A DNA stretch of 64,000 nt, from assembly GCA_030390025.1 (NCBI GenBank), contig CM059438.1, positions 54,190,001 to 54,254,000 of the forward strand. Direction: 5' to 3'. The notes beneath the pieces were generated by a model. It saw nothing but the letters and a program-made list of their open reading frames with translations, was not told the DNA's origin and did not search any database. The translations under genes and the position numbers were made by a program. The stretch's first letter is position 1. Each line of letters starts with the position of its first letter. Source of the DNA: Squalus acanthias (Eukaryota). This document shows, piece by piece, positions 37,901 to 48,840 of this stretch.

Positions 37901-38226
37901 GTGCTGAGGTGTCCGTCTTTGATGGAGATTCGTGTGTCCAGGAATGAAACCGATTCTGAGGAGTAGTCCATGGTGAGTTTGATGGTTTCATCGGTTGGAC
38001 TATAACCTGGTGTTGTGCGACTTTTCACATTAGCAGAGTAACACTGTGATCTGGGGGTAACTGTTGTTAAAGGGACACTCCGCCTTAGCAGAGCAACACT
38101 GTGATCTCGGAGTAACTGCTCTCTCATAAAGCAGCACACCTGAGATCCATGCGGAGCGGTATTATGTATAAAATTACCTGCAATGCTTTGTTAGCTTCTT
38201 TGATTGTCTCGATTTTGAGTTTTGAC
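19812..38226 (-). CDS. RUFY2: RUN and FYVE domain-containing protein 2, 3' part: complement(join(19812-19955,25097-25174,38178-38226)); upstream exons not found in window
   Basis: Spliced translation [89 protein letters not shown] matches the recalled RUFY2 C-terminus. FYVE motifs WxxD, RKHHCR and RVC are intact. Tail-to-tail with HNRNPH3 as in human. Confidence 0.92.
20050..21075 (-). mobile_element. L2 LINE fragment
   Basis: [42 protein letters not shown]2 tail near 20050. Confidence 0.85.
22131..23355 (-). mobile_element. Penelope-like retroelement (RT remnant, GIY-YIG endonuclease, terminal repeat)
   Basis: [20 protein letters not shown] motif; [33 protein letters not shown] motif. Confidence 0.9.
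22231..22267 (-). ncRNA. Minimal hammerhead ribozyme-like motif in Penelope terminal repeat
   Basis: AGUU-CUGACGA-AGAGUC-AUU-GACCU-GAAA-CGUU-AACU: core boxes present, stem I AGUU/AACU, palindromic AACGUU. Confidence 0.6.
23795..24200 (-). mobile_element. L2 LINE 3' end
   Basis: [23 protein letters not shown] plus L2 tail. Confidence 0.85.
24196..24590. repeat. ~65-bp tandem repeat, about 6 copies
   Basis: Unit gggttagatacagagtaaagctccctctacactgtcccatcaaacactcccagggcaggtacagcac. Confidence 0.9.
25097..25174 (-). CDS. RUFY2: RUFY2 exon (78 nt, FYVE N-terminal half)
   Basis: ctccag|GGTTTG...GAAG|gtaaat on minus strand. Confidence 0.95.
25555..26182 (-). mobile_element. CR1 LINE 3' end with open 183-aa ORF2 C-terminus
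   Basis: [21 protein letters not shown]...[14 protein letters not shown]. Confidence 0.92.
26415..26745 (-). mobile_element. DeuSINE-family SINE
   Basis: Deu-domain-like gcagtactgagggaatgctgcactatctgaggtgccatccttcagatgaaacgttaacccgaggccccgtctg on minus strand. Confidence 0.75.
26890..27155. repeat. G-rich minisatellite, about 7 copies
   Basis: Unit (G)n-cagagccagatgtgactattgc. Confidence 0.85.
27620..28142 (-). mobile_element. CR1 LINE 3' end
   Basis: [22 protein letters not shown]. Confidence 0.85.
29040..29380 (+). mobile_element. CR1 LINE 3' end
   Basis: [25 protein letters not shown]. Confidence 0.8.
29945..30965 (-). mobile_element. L2 LINE RT fragment
   Basis: [34 protein letters not shown]. 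Confidence 0.85.
30966..33650 (-). mobile_element. Older CR1 (30966-31838, 32955-33650) with younger CR1 3' fragment nested at about 31839-32954
   Basis: Endonuclease remnants on both sides; nested copy has open ORFs 31914-32417 and 32657-32926 (KFADDT). Confidence 0.8.
33940..34190 (+). mobile_element. L2 LINE 3' fragment
   Basis: ctctgtaacctcctccagccctacaaccct..ccctaagctctggaactccc..tacctctttgaccaagcttttggtcacc, as at 8820-9030. Confidence 0.75.
34191..34535 (-). mobile_element. V-domain SINE (HE1-like) with CR1-derived tail
   Basis: V-domain ttgcacattctccccgtgtctgtgtgggtttcctccgggtgctccggtttcctcccacagtccaaa; tail ending (ctatgttt)n like local CR1s. Confidence 0.75.
34626..35178 (-). mobile_element. 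CR1 LINE RT fragment
   Basis: [17 protein letters not shown]; similarity to other CR1 copies. Confidence 0.8.
36017..36204. repeat. 22-bp minisatellite, about 8.5 copies
   Basis: Unit ggggccctttgccggtgatccc. Confidence 0.95.
36539..38029 (-). mobile_element. Penelope-like retroelement (RT thumb, GIY-YIG) with inverted terminal piece and target duplication
   Basis: [63 protein letters not shown] at 36527-36538 and 38030-38041. Confidence 0.92.
36627..36663 (-). ncRNA. Minimal hammerhead ribozyme-like motif in Penelope terminal repeat
   Basis: UCAC-CUGACGA-A-GGAGC-AGC-GCUCC-GAAA-ACUU-GUGA: perfect stems I and II around the CUGANGA/GAAA core. Confidence 0.7.
38178..38226 (-). CDS. RUFY2: RUFY2 exon (49 nt, end of coiled coil)
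   Basis: tttatag|GTCAAAA...GCAG|gtaatt on minus strand; [16 protein letters not shown]. Confidence 0.92.
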
Positions 38227-38584
38227 CTATAAAGAGTGAAAGGTTTGTAAAAAATGAGATTTCTAAACAGCAACAGATAATATCAATATACAACAAAACC
38301 CAACTAGCTTCATAGTGACAAGGAACAGAGACAATCTGTCTCCAGGATTAGTTGTGATATCTCCTACAGTTCAATATCCTGCTGTAGACCAAGGAAAGGA
38401 ATAAATATTAGAGGTTGAAAACATTCAGGATACAGAGTGAGTCAACATATGATATGGGACTGACATCAAAACAGCAGGAAACAGGGAACATAGGAACAGG
38501 AGGCCATTCAGCCCCTTGAGTCTGTACCACCATTCAATTCGATCAAAAAAGGGGCTAGAATAAAGGGCTCTGGTGTGAGGAATC

Positions 38585-40079
38585 AGACTGGGTACTGTAC
38601 CCCCCACACACTGGGTACTGTACCCCCCACACACTGGGTACTGTACCCCCCACACACTGGGTACTGTACCCCCCACACACTGGGTACTGTACCCCCCACA
38701 CACTGGGTACTGTACCCCCCACACACTGGGTACTGTACCCCCCACACACTGGGTACTGTACCCCCCACACACTGGGTACTGTACCCCCCACACACTGGGT
38801 ACTGTACCCCCACACACACGCACTGGGTACTGTACCCCACACACACTGGGTACTGTACCCCCCACACACTGGGTACTGTACCCCCCACACACACACACTG
38901 GGTACTGTACCCCCCACACACTGGGTACTGTACCCCCCACACACTGGGTACTGTACCCCCCACACACTGGGTACTGTACCCCCCACACACTGGGTACTGT
39001 ACCCCCCACACACTGGGTACTGTACCCCCCACACACTGGGTACTGTACCCCCCACACACTGGGTACTGTACCCCCCACACACACGCACTGGGTACTGTAC
39101 CCCACACACACTGGGTACTGTACCCCCCACACACTGGGTACTGTACCCCCCACACACACACACTGGGTACTGTACCCCCCACACACTGGGTACTGTACCC
39201 CCCACACACTGGGTACTGTACCCCCCACACACACACACTGGGTACTGTACCCCCCACACACACACACGGTACTGTACCCCACACACACACACTGGGTACT
39301 GTACCCCCCACACACACACACTGGGTACTGTACCCCCCACACACACACACGGTACTGTACCCCACACACACACTGGGTACTGTACCCCACACACACTGGG
39401 TACTGTACCCCCCACACACACTGGGTACTGTACCCCACACACACACTGGGTACTGTACCCCACACACACACTGGGTACTGTACCCCACACACACACTGGG
39501 TACTGTACCCCACACACACACACTGGGTACTGTACCCCACACACACACACACTGGGTACTGTACCCCACACACACACTGGGTACTGTACCCCACACACAC
39601 ACTGGGTACTGTACCCCCCACACACACACTGGGTACTGTACCCCACACACACACTGGGGACTGTACCCCACCCACACACACTGGGTACTGTACCCCCCCA
39701 CACACACTGGGTACTGTACCCCCCCCCACGACACTGGTACTACCCCCCCCCCCCCACACACACTACACAACTGGGTACTGGTACCCCCCCACACACACAC
39801 TGGGTACTGTACCCCCCACACACACACTGGGTACTGTACCCCCACACACACACTGGGTACTGTACCCCACACACACACACTGGGTACTGTACCCCCACAC
39901 ACACACTGGGTACTGTACCCCCACACACTGGGTACTGTACCCCACACACACACAACTGGGTACTGTACCCCCTCACACAACACACTGGGTACTGTACCCA
40001 CACACACACACTGGGGACTGTACCCCACACACACACTGGGTACTGTACCCCACACACACACTGGGTACTGTACCCCACA
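38585..40079. repeat. ~23-29-bp minisatellite running into the assembly gap
   Basis: Unit ctgggtactgtacccccc(ac)n, dozens of copies. Confidence 0.97.
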
Positions 40080-40279
40080 NNNNNNNNNNNNNNNNNNNNN
40101 NNNNNNNNNNNNNNNNNNNNNNNNNNNNNNNNNNNNNNNNNNNNNNNNNNNNNNNNNNNNNNNNNNNNNNNNNNNNNNNNNNNNNNNNNNNNNNNNNNNN
40201 NNNNNNNNNNNNNNNNNNNNNNNNNNNNNNNNNNNNNNNNNNNNNNNNNNNNNNNNNNNNNNNNNNNNNNNNNNNNNNN
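40080..40279. other. Assembly gap (200 N)
   Basis: Run of N. Confidence 1.
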
Positions 40280-40428
40280 CCCCCTTCCAGACACTCCTCC
40301 CCCCTTCCAGACACTCCTCCCCCCTTCCAGACACTCCCCCCCTCCAGACACTCCTCCCCCCTCCAGACACTCCCCAACCCCCTCCAGACACTCCTCCCCC
40401 CCCTCCAGACACTCCTCCCCCTCTCCAG
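40280..40428. repeat. ~20-bp C-rich minisatellite
   Basis: Unit ccccttccagacactcctcc. Confidence 0.9.
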
Positions 40429-41159
40429 AATAAAAGACCCACAATTACCCGACACCGTTCCAAGTGTCCAGCACTCTGAGTGACATCTCTCACAAATATC
40501 CCATTGCGTTTTATCTTGTAGCCCCTTATTCGGATATTCTGTCATACCGCAAGGCACTGACCTCAAATAACCGTACCTATGCCATTTCATGATTTAACAG
40601 TTCTTTGATGACAGCTGGGCCATAAACCAGATTTATTTATTTTTTTAAACTGAAATTCTACTCAGTTTAAAAAAAAGCACTTCAAAAGGGTAGTGTAAAT
40701 CTGGAACTCTCTCCCCAAAAAGCTGTTGAAAATTTCAAATTGAGATTGATAGATTTTTGTTAGGTAAGGGATACTGAACCAAGGCAGGTAAATGGAGCTA
40801 AGATATAGATCAGCCGTGACCTAATTGAATGGCAGAACAGGTTCAAGGGGCTGAATGGCCTTCTCTTGTTCTTATGTTCCTCAACTGCCATAGTGAGATT
40901 TGAACCCACGTTCTCTAGATTATTAGTCCAGGCCTCTGTTACTGAAATAAAAAAAGAAAATCCAGCATTATTTCCATTTTCTGTTTTTATTTCAGATTTC
41001 CAGCATCTGCAGTATTTTGCCACTGGATTACTCGTCCGGTAATCTAACCACTACACTACCGCACCCGAAATCCCTGGATTGTGCTTCCTACAAGGACAAT
41101 GTGCCCTTTGCATGGGGTAAATAGAATCTAGTAGTTTGATTTAGAGATTCTCCAGCCTG

Positions 41160-42965
41160 GTGAAGTCAAGCGTAGGTCCCTTGCAGTCAGAATCAGGGGA
41201 ATTTATAATGGGGAACAAAGAAATGGCAGACCAATTAAATACATACTTTGGTTCTGTCTTCACAAAGGAGGACACAAATAACCTCCCAGAGATGTCAGGG
41301 AACATAGGGTCTAATGAGAGGGAAGAACTGAATGAAATCAGTATTTGTAGGGAAATGGTGTTAGGGAAATTGACGGGATTGGAGGCCGATAAATCCCCAG
41401 GGCCTGATTATCTACATCCTAGGGTACTTAAGGAAGTGGCTCGAGAAATAGTAGATGCATTGCTGGTCATCTTCCAAAATTCTAAAGACTCTGGAACAGT
41501 TCCCATGGATTGGAGGGTAGTTAATGTAACCCCACTATTTAAAAAAGGTGGGAGAGAGAAAACGGGGAATTAAGCCTGACATCGGTAGTGGGGAAAATGC
41601 TAGAGTCCATTATAAAAGATGTAATAGCAGAGCACTTGGAAAACAGTGACAGGATCGGACCATGTCAACATGGATTTACAAAAGGTAAATCATGCTTGAC
41701 TAATCTACTGGAATTTTTTGAGGATGTAACTGGCAGAATAGATAAGGGAGAACCAGTGGATGTGGTGTATTTGGACTTTCAGAAGGCTTTCGATAAGGTC
41801 CCACATAAGAGATTAGCGTGCAAAGTTAAAGCACATGGGATTGGGGGTAAGGTACTGACTTGGATAGAGAACTGGTTGGCAGACAGAAAGCAAAGAGTTG
41901 GAATAAACTGGTCTTTTTCCGAGTGGCAGGCAGTGACTAGTGGGGTACCGCAGGGATCGGTGCTAGGACCCCAATTATTCACAATATATATAAATGATCT
42001 AGACGAGGGAACTAGATGTAATATCTCCAAGTTTGCAGACGACACAAAGCTGGGTGGGCGTGTGTGTTGTGAGGAGGATGCAGAGAAACTCCAGTATGAT
42101 TTGGACAAGTTGGGTGATTGGGCAGATGCATGGCAGATGCAGTATAATGTGGATAAATGCGAGGCTATCCACTTTGGTGGCAAAAACAGGAAGGCAGATT
42201 ATTATCTGAACGGCAATAGATTGGGAAAAGGGGAAGTGCAACGAGACCTGGGAGTCCTTGTGCACCAGTCGTTGAAGGTAAGCATGCAGGTGCAGCAGGC
42301 GGTTAAGAAGGCAAATGGTATGTTGGCCTTCATAGCGAGAGGATTCGAGTATAGGAGCAAGGATGTCTTGCTGCAGTTGTACAGGGCCTTGGTGAGACCA
42401 CACCTTGAGTATTGTGTGCAGTTTTGGTCGCCTTATCTGAGGAAGGATGTTCTTGCCATGGAGGGAGTGCAGTGAAGATTCACCAGACTGATACCTGGGA
42501 TGGCAGGAATGACGTATGAAGAGAGATTGGGTCGATTAGGCTTATATTCGCTAGAGTTTAGAAGAATGAGAGGGGATCTCATCGAAACTTATAAAATTCT
42601 AACAGGACTAGACAGACTAGATGCAGGAAGGATGTTCCCGATGGCGGGGAGTCCAGAACCAGGGGTCACAGTCTAAGGATAAGGGGTAAGCCATTTAGGA
42701 CTGAGATGAGGAGGAATTTCTTCACCCAGAGAGTGGTGAACCTGTGGAATTCTCTACCACAGAAGGCAGTTGAGGCCAATCCATTAAATATATTCAAGAA
42801 GGAGTTAGATATATTTCTTAAGGCTAAAGGGATCAAGGGATATGGGGAGAAAGCAGGGACAGGGTTCTGAATTTGGATGATCAGCCATGATCTCATTAAA
42901 TGGCGGAGCAGGCTCGAGGGGCCGAATGGCCTACTCCTGCTCCTATCTTCTATGTTTCTATGTGA
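41160..42965 (+). mobile_element. Relatively young 5'-truncated CR1 LINE with near-intact RT
   Basis: ORFs 41160-41573 and 41588-42475 ([28 protein letters not shown]); tail tctatgtttctatg. Confidence 0.95.
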
Positions 42966-44719
42966 TGGTTTCCACATGTGCCAAGCACCCAGCGAACAAC
43001 TAAACATCCGTCAAGAGATGGCAAGTCACACCTTGAAAAAAGAGACACTTGGCTGGTCTCCGAGCACACAGCACAAAGAAACAGCCTTTTGGTTCCCCAT
43101 TTCCTCCCTCCTCTCCCGCGAGGACTGGGGTGCAGTTCCACACGAGACAACGCCTCCGGTCACTCTAAGCATCAATTCTTCAAGCATGAGCCCAGACACT
43201 GACCAAGCTTGATTCTGACCTGCACTAAACAGTGGAAGTGTCACTGACTAGTGATGAGGAGCAGAAACCCAGGCTGTTTTTCCTTAGCCTAGGAGTGTGG
43301 AGACCCATTCCAACACCTCTACTGCCACACCAACTGATTCAGCACAGACCATCCACCATACTGTACAGTGCCTGGGCCATCGATGGAACCAGACCATTGC
43401 TCTGGAGAAGGTAGGTTTGCAACTCTGGTTTGAAGTATTCTTGGAGGTCTGATCATGTGACGTCCAGTCACATGACAACTGCCCACAGTTTGTAAATGTT
43501 ATTGCATTATTGCCCCACAGTTTTTTAATACAACCTACATTCAATCTGTAAAGCTTGGATTGTAGTTTAATCTTTGTTTCTGATTTCAAAACTCAGACGT
43601 TGCTTACACACGAGAACAAATACTTTGGGTCGATCACCTGAGGTAATAACATTGTTTGTTAGTTCATCAGGCTGTGCAATTTCAATGCTGTGCTTAATTT
43701 ATTTCCTAATATTTACAACACGATTAACATTCTTGGCCCTTACTGCAATAGTTAATTGGCCATCAAACCACTTGAGAAGTGTTAACTGGGTGTTATTGCA
43801 AGGGAGTCCTGATTGATCAAGATTTCTGCTGGTGAGGCTGCAGAAACCCTATAGTCCAGACCAAACTCAACCAGCAGTCTGAAGTTAGCATTTGTATCGG
43901 TTATCGTTAAAATAAAATAATAATGGCAAGATTAACATCCCGATTTCGAAAAGTGCCCATCAAATTTTTGACGGATCGGCGCTTTCAAAGACATGTTTTT
44001 TTCCTCTCTGCCATACCGACCTCACAGAGTCAGTCACTGGCAGCAGAAGAGAGTTCAGGAAAAGACCATCAGCTTCACCACTCACACATCACAGTTCTGA
44101 GAACAGGATGACCTTTCCTAAATGCCCGCTAATTTGCACATGATGGAAGCCATTCGCAGTCTTTGCAGAAAACCTTTACTTCCTTTTTTTCCAAGAGTAA
44201 ATTTAATGCTTCTCTACAATTTTAAAATTATTTTTCTTGAAATGCAACATTTTCCTGACATTTTTACTATATTCAATTTTTTTTATATACATATACGTTT
44301 CAACTGATTACTTATTCATTGCCAACAGAGTGGCTGTTGAATGAAGAAAAACAACTTAATATATTCACCATTCATACATACTTGTGTATTGTGGAGTCTG
44401 TGACAATGACTTGCTGCATTGGTGAGGGGCTCGTTTCATCCTACTGCGGCTGCGTGCCGGTTTCCACTAAAGTGGATAGGGCATAGTCCAGCTCTCAGTG
44501 CATTATGGGTAGGGGAAGCCGCCATTATGGCCCAGAATCACGGAATGGATCCTCTTAAGATCGGGCAGGGGAGAATCGCGATTGGAGCAGGGAATCGATA
44601 AATTGAATTAAGTATTACTGTGCAATCCCTGGCTGCAGTTCGGGCTTGTCTCCTATCCAAGAGAATTGAAAGTGCACAGGCGCAAACAACGAATGCAAAG
44701 TACTTTTCTCCCGGGAACG

Positions 44720-47620
44720 GTAGCATAGTGGTTATGTTACTGGGCTAGTAATCCAAAGGCCCTTGACTCCGGAGACGTGAGTTCAAATCCCACAGCAGCT
44801 GGGGAATTTAAATTCAGTTAATTAAATAAATCTGGAATAAAAAGATAGTATCAGTAATGGTACAGCAATATGGTTGACTCTTAACTGCCCTCTGAAATGG
44901 CCTAGCAAGCCACTCAGTTGTAACTGCTACGAAAAACGATCAGAATAAAACCGGACAACGGCACACCCAGCCCAGTCGACCCTGCAAAGTCCTCCTCACC
45001 AACATCTGGGGAATTGTGCCAAAATTGGGAGAGCTGTCCCACAGACTAGTCAAGCAGCAGCCTGACATAGTCATACTCACAGAATCATACCTTTCAGTGA
45101 AAGTCCCAAACTCCTCCATCACCATCCCTGGGTATGTCCTGTCCCACCGGCAGGACAGACCTACCAGGGGTGGTGGCACAGTGGTATACAGTCGGGAAGG
45201 AGTGGCTCCGGACCACATGAAGTCTCATGGCTTCAGGCCAAGCATGGACAAGGAAACCTGCTGCTGATTACTACCTACTGCCCTCCCTCAGCTGATGAAT
45301 CAGTACTCATCCATGTTGAACACCACTTGGAAGAAGCTCTGAGAGAGTATCAAGGGCACAGTATGTACTCTGGGCGGGGGACTTCAATGTCTGGGCCTGC
45401 GACAGGTGGTGAGAGTCCCGTCTGCACACTGAGGATACCCTCCATCGTGCTGTATGGCACTACCACCGTGCTAAATGGTTTAGATTCAGAACAGATCTAG
45501 CAGCTCAAAACTGGGCATCCATGAGGCGCTGTGGACCATCAGCAGCAGTATTTCACCACAATCTGTAACCTCATGGCCCGGCATATCCCTCACTCTACCA
45601 TTACCATCAAGCCAGGGGACTAACCCTGGTTCAATAAGGAGAGTATGCCAGGAGCAGCACCAGGCATACCTAAAAATGAGATGCCAACCTGGGGAAGCTG
45701 CAACACAGGACTACATGCATGCTAAAAAGCGGAAGCAGCGTGCTATCGATAGAGTTAAGCGATCCCACAATCAATGGATCAGATCAAAGCTCTGCAGTCC
45801 TGCCACATCCAGTTGTGAATGGTGGTGGACCATTAAACAACCAACGGGAGGAGGAGGCCCCATGAATATCCCCATCCTCAATGATGGGGGAGCCCAGCAC
45901 GTGAGTGCAAAAGACAAAGATGAAGTGTTTGCAACCATCTTCAGCCAGATGTGCAGAGTGGATGATCCATATCGGCCTCCTCCTGAGGTCCCCACCATCA
46001 CAGAAGCCAGTCTTCAGCCAATTCGATTCACTCCACGTGATATCAAGAAATGGCTGAGCTCACTGGATACAGCAAAGGCTATGGGCCCTGACAACACCCG
46101 GCTATTGTGCTGAAGACTTGTGCTCCAGAACTAGCCAAGCCTCTAGTTAAGCTGTTCCAGTACAGCTACAACACTGGCATCTATCCGACAATGTGGAAAA
46201 CTGCCCAGGTATGTCCTGTCCACAAAAAGCAGGACAAATCCAATCCAGCCAATTACAGCCCCATCAGTCTACTCTCAATCATCAGCAAAGTGATGGAAGG
46301 TGTTGTCGACAGTGCTATCAAGCAGCACTTATTCACCAATAACCTGCTCGCTGATGCCCAGTTTGGGTTCCGCTAGGACCACTCGGCTCCAGACCTCATT
46401 ACAGCCTTGGTCCAAACATGGACAAAAGAGCTGAATTCCAGAGGTGAGGTGAGAGTGACTGCCCTTGACATCAGGGCAGCATTTGACTGAGTGTGGCATC
46501 AAGGAGCCCTAGTAAAACTGAAGTCAATGGGAATCAGGTGGAAAACTCTCCACTGGCTGGAGTCATACTTAGCACAAAGGAAGATGGTTGTGGTGGTTGG
46601 AGGTCAATCATCACAGCCCTAGGACATCGCTGCAGGTGTTCCTCAGGGCAGTGTCCTAGGCCCAACCATCCTCAGCTGCTTCATCAATGACCTTCCCTCC
46701 ATCATAAGGTTAGAAGTGGGGATGCTGCACAGTGTTCAGTGCCATTCGCAACTCCTCAGATAATGAAGCAGTCCATGCCCGCATGCAGCAAGATCTGGAC
46801 GACATTCAGGCTTGGGCTGATAAGTGGCAAGTAACATTCGTGCCACACAAGTGCCAGGCAATGACTATCTCCAACAAGCGAGAGTCTAATCACCGCCCCT
46901 TGACATTCAACGGCATTACCATCGCCAAATCCCCCACCATCAATATCCTGGGGGTCACCATTGACCAGAAACTTAACTGGACCAGCCACATAAATACTGT
47001 GGCAACAAGAGCAGGTCAGAGTCTGGGTATTCTGCGGTGAGTGTCTCACCTCCTGACATCCCAAAGCCTTTCCACCATCTACAAGGCACAGGTTAGGAGT
47101 GTGATGGAATACTCTCCACTTGCCTGGATGAGTGCAGCTCCAACAACACTCGAGAAGCTCGACACCATCCAGGACAAAGCAGCCCGCTTGATTGGCACCC
47201 CATTCACCACCATGAATATTCACTCCCTCCACCACCGGCGTACCGTGGCTGCAGTGTGTACCATCTACAAGATGCACTGCAGCAACTCGCCAAGGCTTCT
47301 TCGACAGCACCTCCCAAACCCACGACCTCTTCCACCTAGAAGGACAAGGGCAGCAGGTGCATGGGAACACTACCACCTCCAAGTTCCCCTCCAAGTCACA
47401 CACCATCCTGACTTGGAAATATATCGCCGATCCTTCATTGTCACTGGGTCAAAATCCTGGAACTCCCTCCCTAACAGCACTGTGGGAGTACCTTCACCAC
47501 ACGGACTGCAGCGGTTCAAGAAGGCGGCTCACCACCACCTTCTCGATGGCAACTAGGGATGGGCAATAAATGCTGGCTTTGCCAGCGACACCCACATCTC
47601 AGGGACGAATAAAAAAAAAG
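44720..47620 (+). mobile_element. CR1-group LINE of a second family (EN-RT, no visible ORF1) preceded by a tRNA-like head
   Basis: EN: LSHRLVKQQPDIVILTESYL, DRPTRGGG; RT: NYSPISLLSIISKVMEG, QFGFR; C-term YKAQVRSVMEYSPLAW; ends gaataaaaaaaaa. Confidence 0.85.
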
Positions 47621-48840
47621 GTTGCCAGCTGCAGGGCCCGGGCGACCACACCTCTAATCCATGCGAGTGCCGGCCATTCCGGGAGGGTCGACAAACATTT
47701 GATGGGTTTTGTGTCAAGTTGGCAAATCACATCACACAGAAGTGGCACCTACTTAGTGTCTTATCCTGGAGATCAAAGTGGCAGCTTTTTAATTAAGAAT
47801 AAGCCTGGCACGGGTCCGCAGATTTTTGAGTTTGATGAAAGGTTAGATCTTCTCCACCCCCGCCTCAGCTCATCTGTTGCGGAAACCCTCATCCATGCTT
47901 TTGTTGCCTCCAGTCTCGATTATTCTAACGCTCTCCTGGCCGGCCTCCCATCTTCCACCCTCCAAAACTTGAGCTCGGCCAAAACTCTGCTGCCCGAGTC
48001 CTAACTCGCACCAAGCCCTGTTCACCCATCTCCCCCCTGTCCTTCTTGATTAGGCTTTCCTCCACTATCCCCACTGCACCATGATTTCTCTTGGGTGATT
48101 TTGATTTTGGTAGCTTCTGCCATTTAAGGTAACGGAGCTCGCAGAGACCAGGTATTGCTCTAATTACATTGCCTTTTTCCCCAGTTTGGAGGATCTGGTG
48201 CTGAATCTTCGGCAGGTGTCCACCTCGGTGTCAGTGGATTGCTTATTGTTTTGGAGGAGCTGAAGTTTATGGAGGTTGTCCAGGAATGCATTGGAATACT
48301 CAAATCCAGAGGTTAACAAAGGCATGGATGAGAGTTTCAGCAGTAGCTGGGCTGAGGCAGGGGCAGAGACGGGCGATGTTACAGAAGTGGAGGTAGGTGG
48401 TCAGTATCCAGAAATATTAATGCTCAAACAACAATATCCAAGTAATCCATGTGTGAGTGATGCTTGTGGATCCAGTCAGCGTATTATACAGTCATTTGTG
48501 GGGAATTACTCAATAGACAACATTCCAGACATTCACAATGGATCAACAATTAACTCCTACTGAATACCTGAAATTCTGCTCCGCCACTAACATTTGTTAT
48601 CATCAGATCAAAGGACACCTTAAGGGTGAAGATACTCCTGTCGATAAGTTTAGTGAAAAGCACAGTCTGATCCTTATTTTTAAAAAGGTCACGGAAAATT
48701 CACCCTTTTGGGAGGAGGATGTCTGTGTGGTTTGATTCAAACTGAATAAAAACTCCTTTAAAAAGTCTGAAAGATCACTCACTCCATACCTCAAATATCC
48801 TATCACATTATTTACTCACATCATTGCTCTCAACCACTTC

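Noticed and set aside
38425..40590. Long ORFs of 200-636 aa on both strands
   Set aside because: Translations of a stop-free minisatellite plus an N gap, not genes
41160..42900. Active reverse transcriptase gene
   Set aside because: 5'-truncated CR1 copy with stops at 41571-41573 and 42473-42475 and a frameshift
44720..44800. tRNA gene
   Set aside because: Only degenerate A/B boxes, no full cloverleaf; it is a SINE-type head (also 7480-7530 and 40880-41060)
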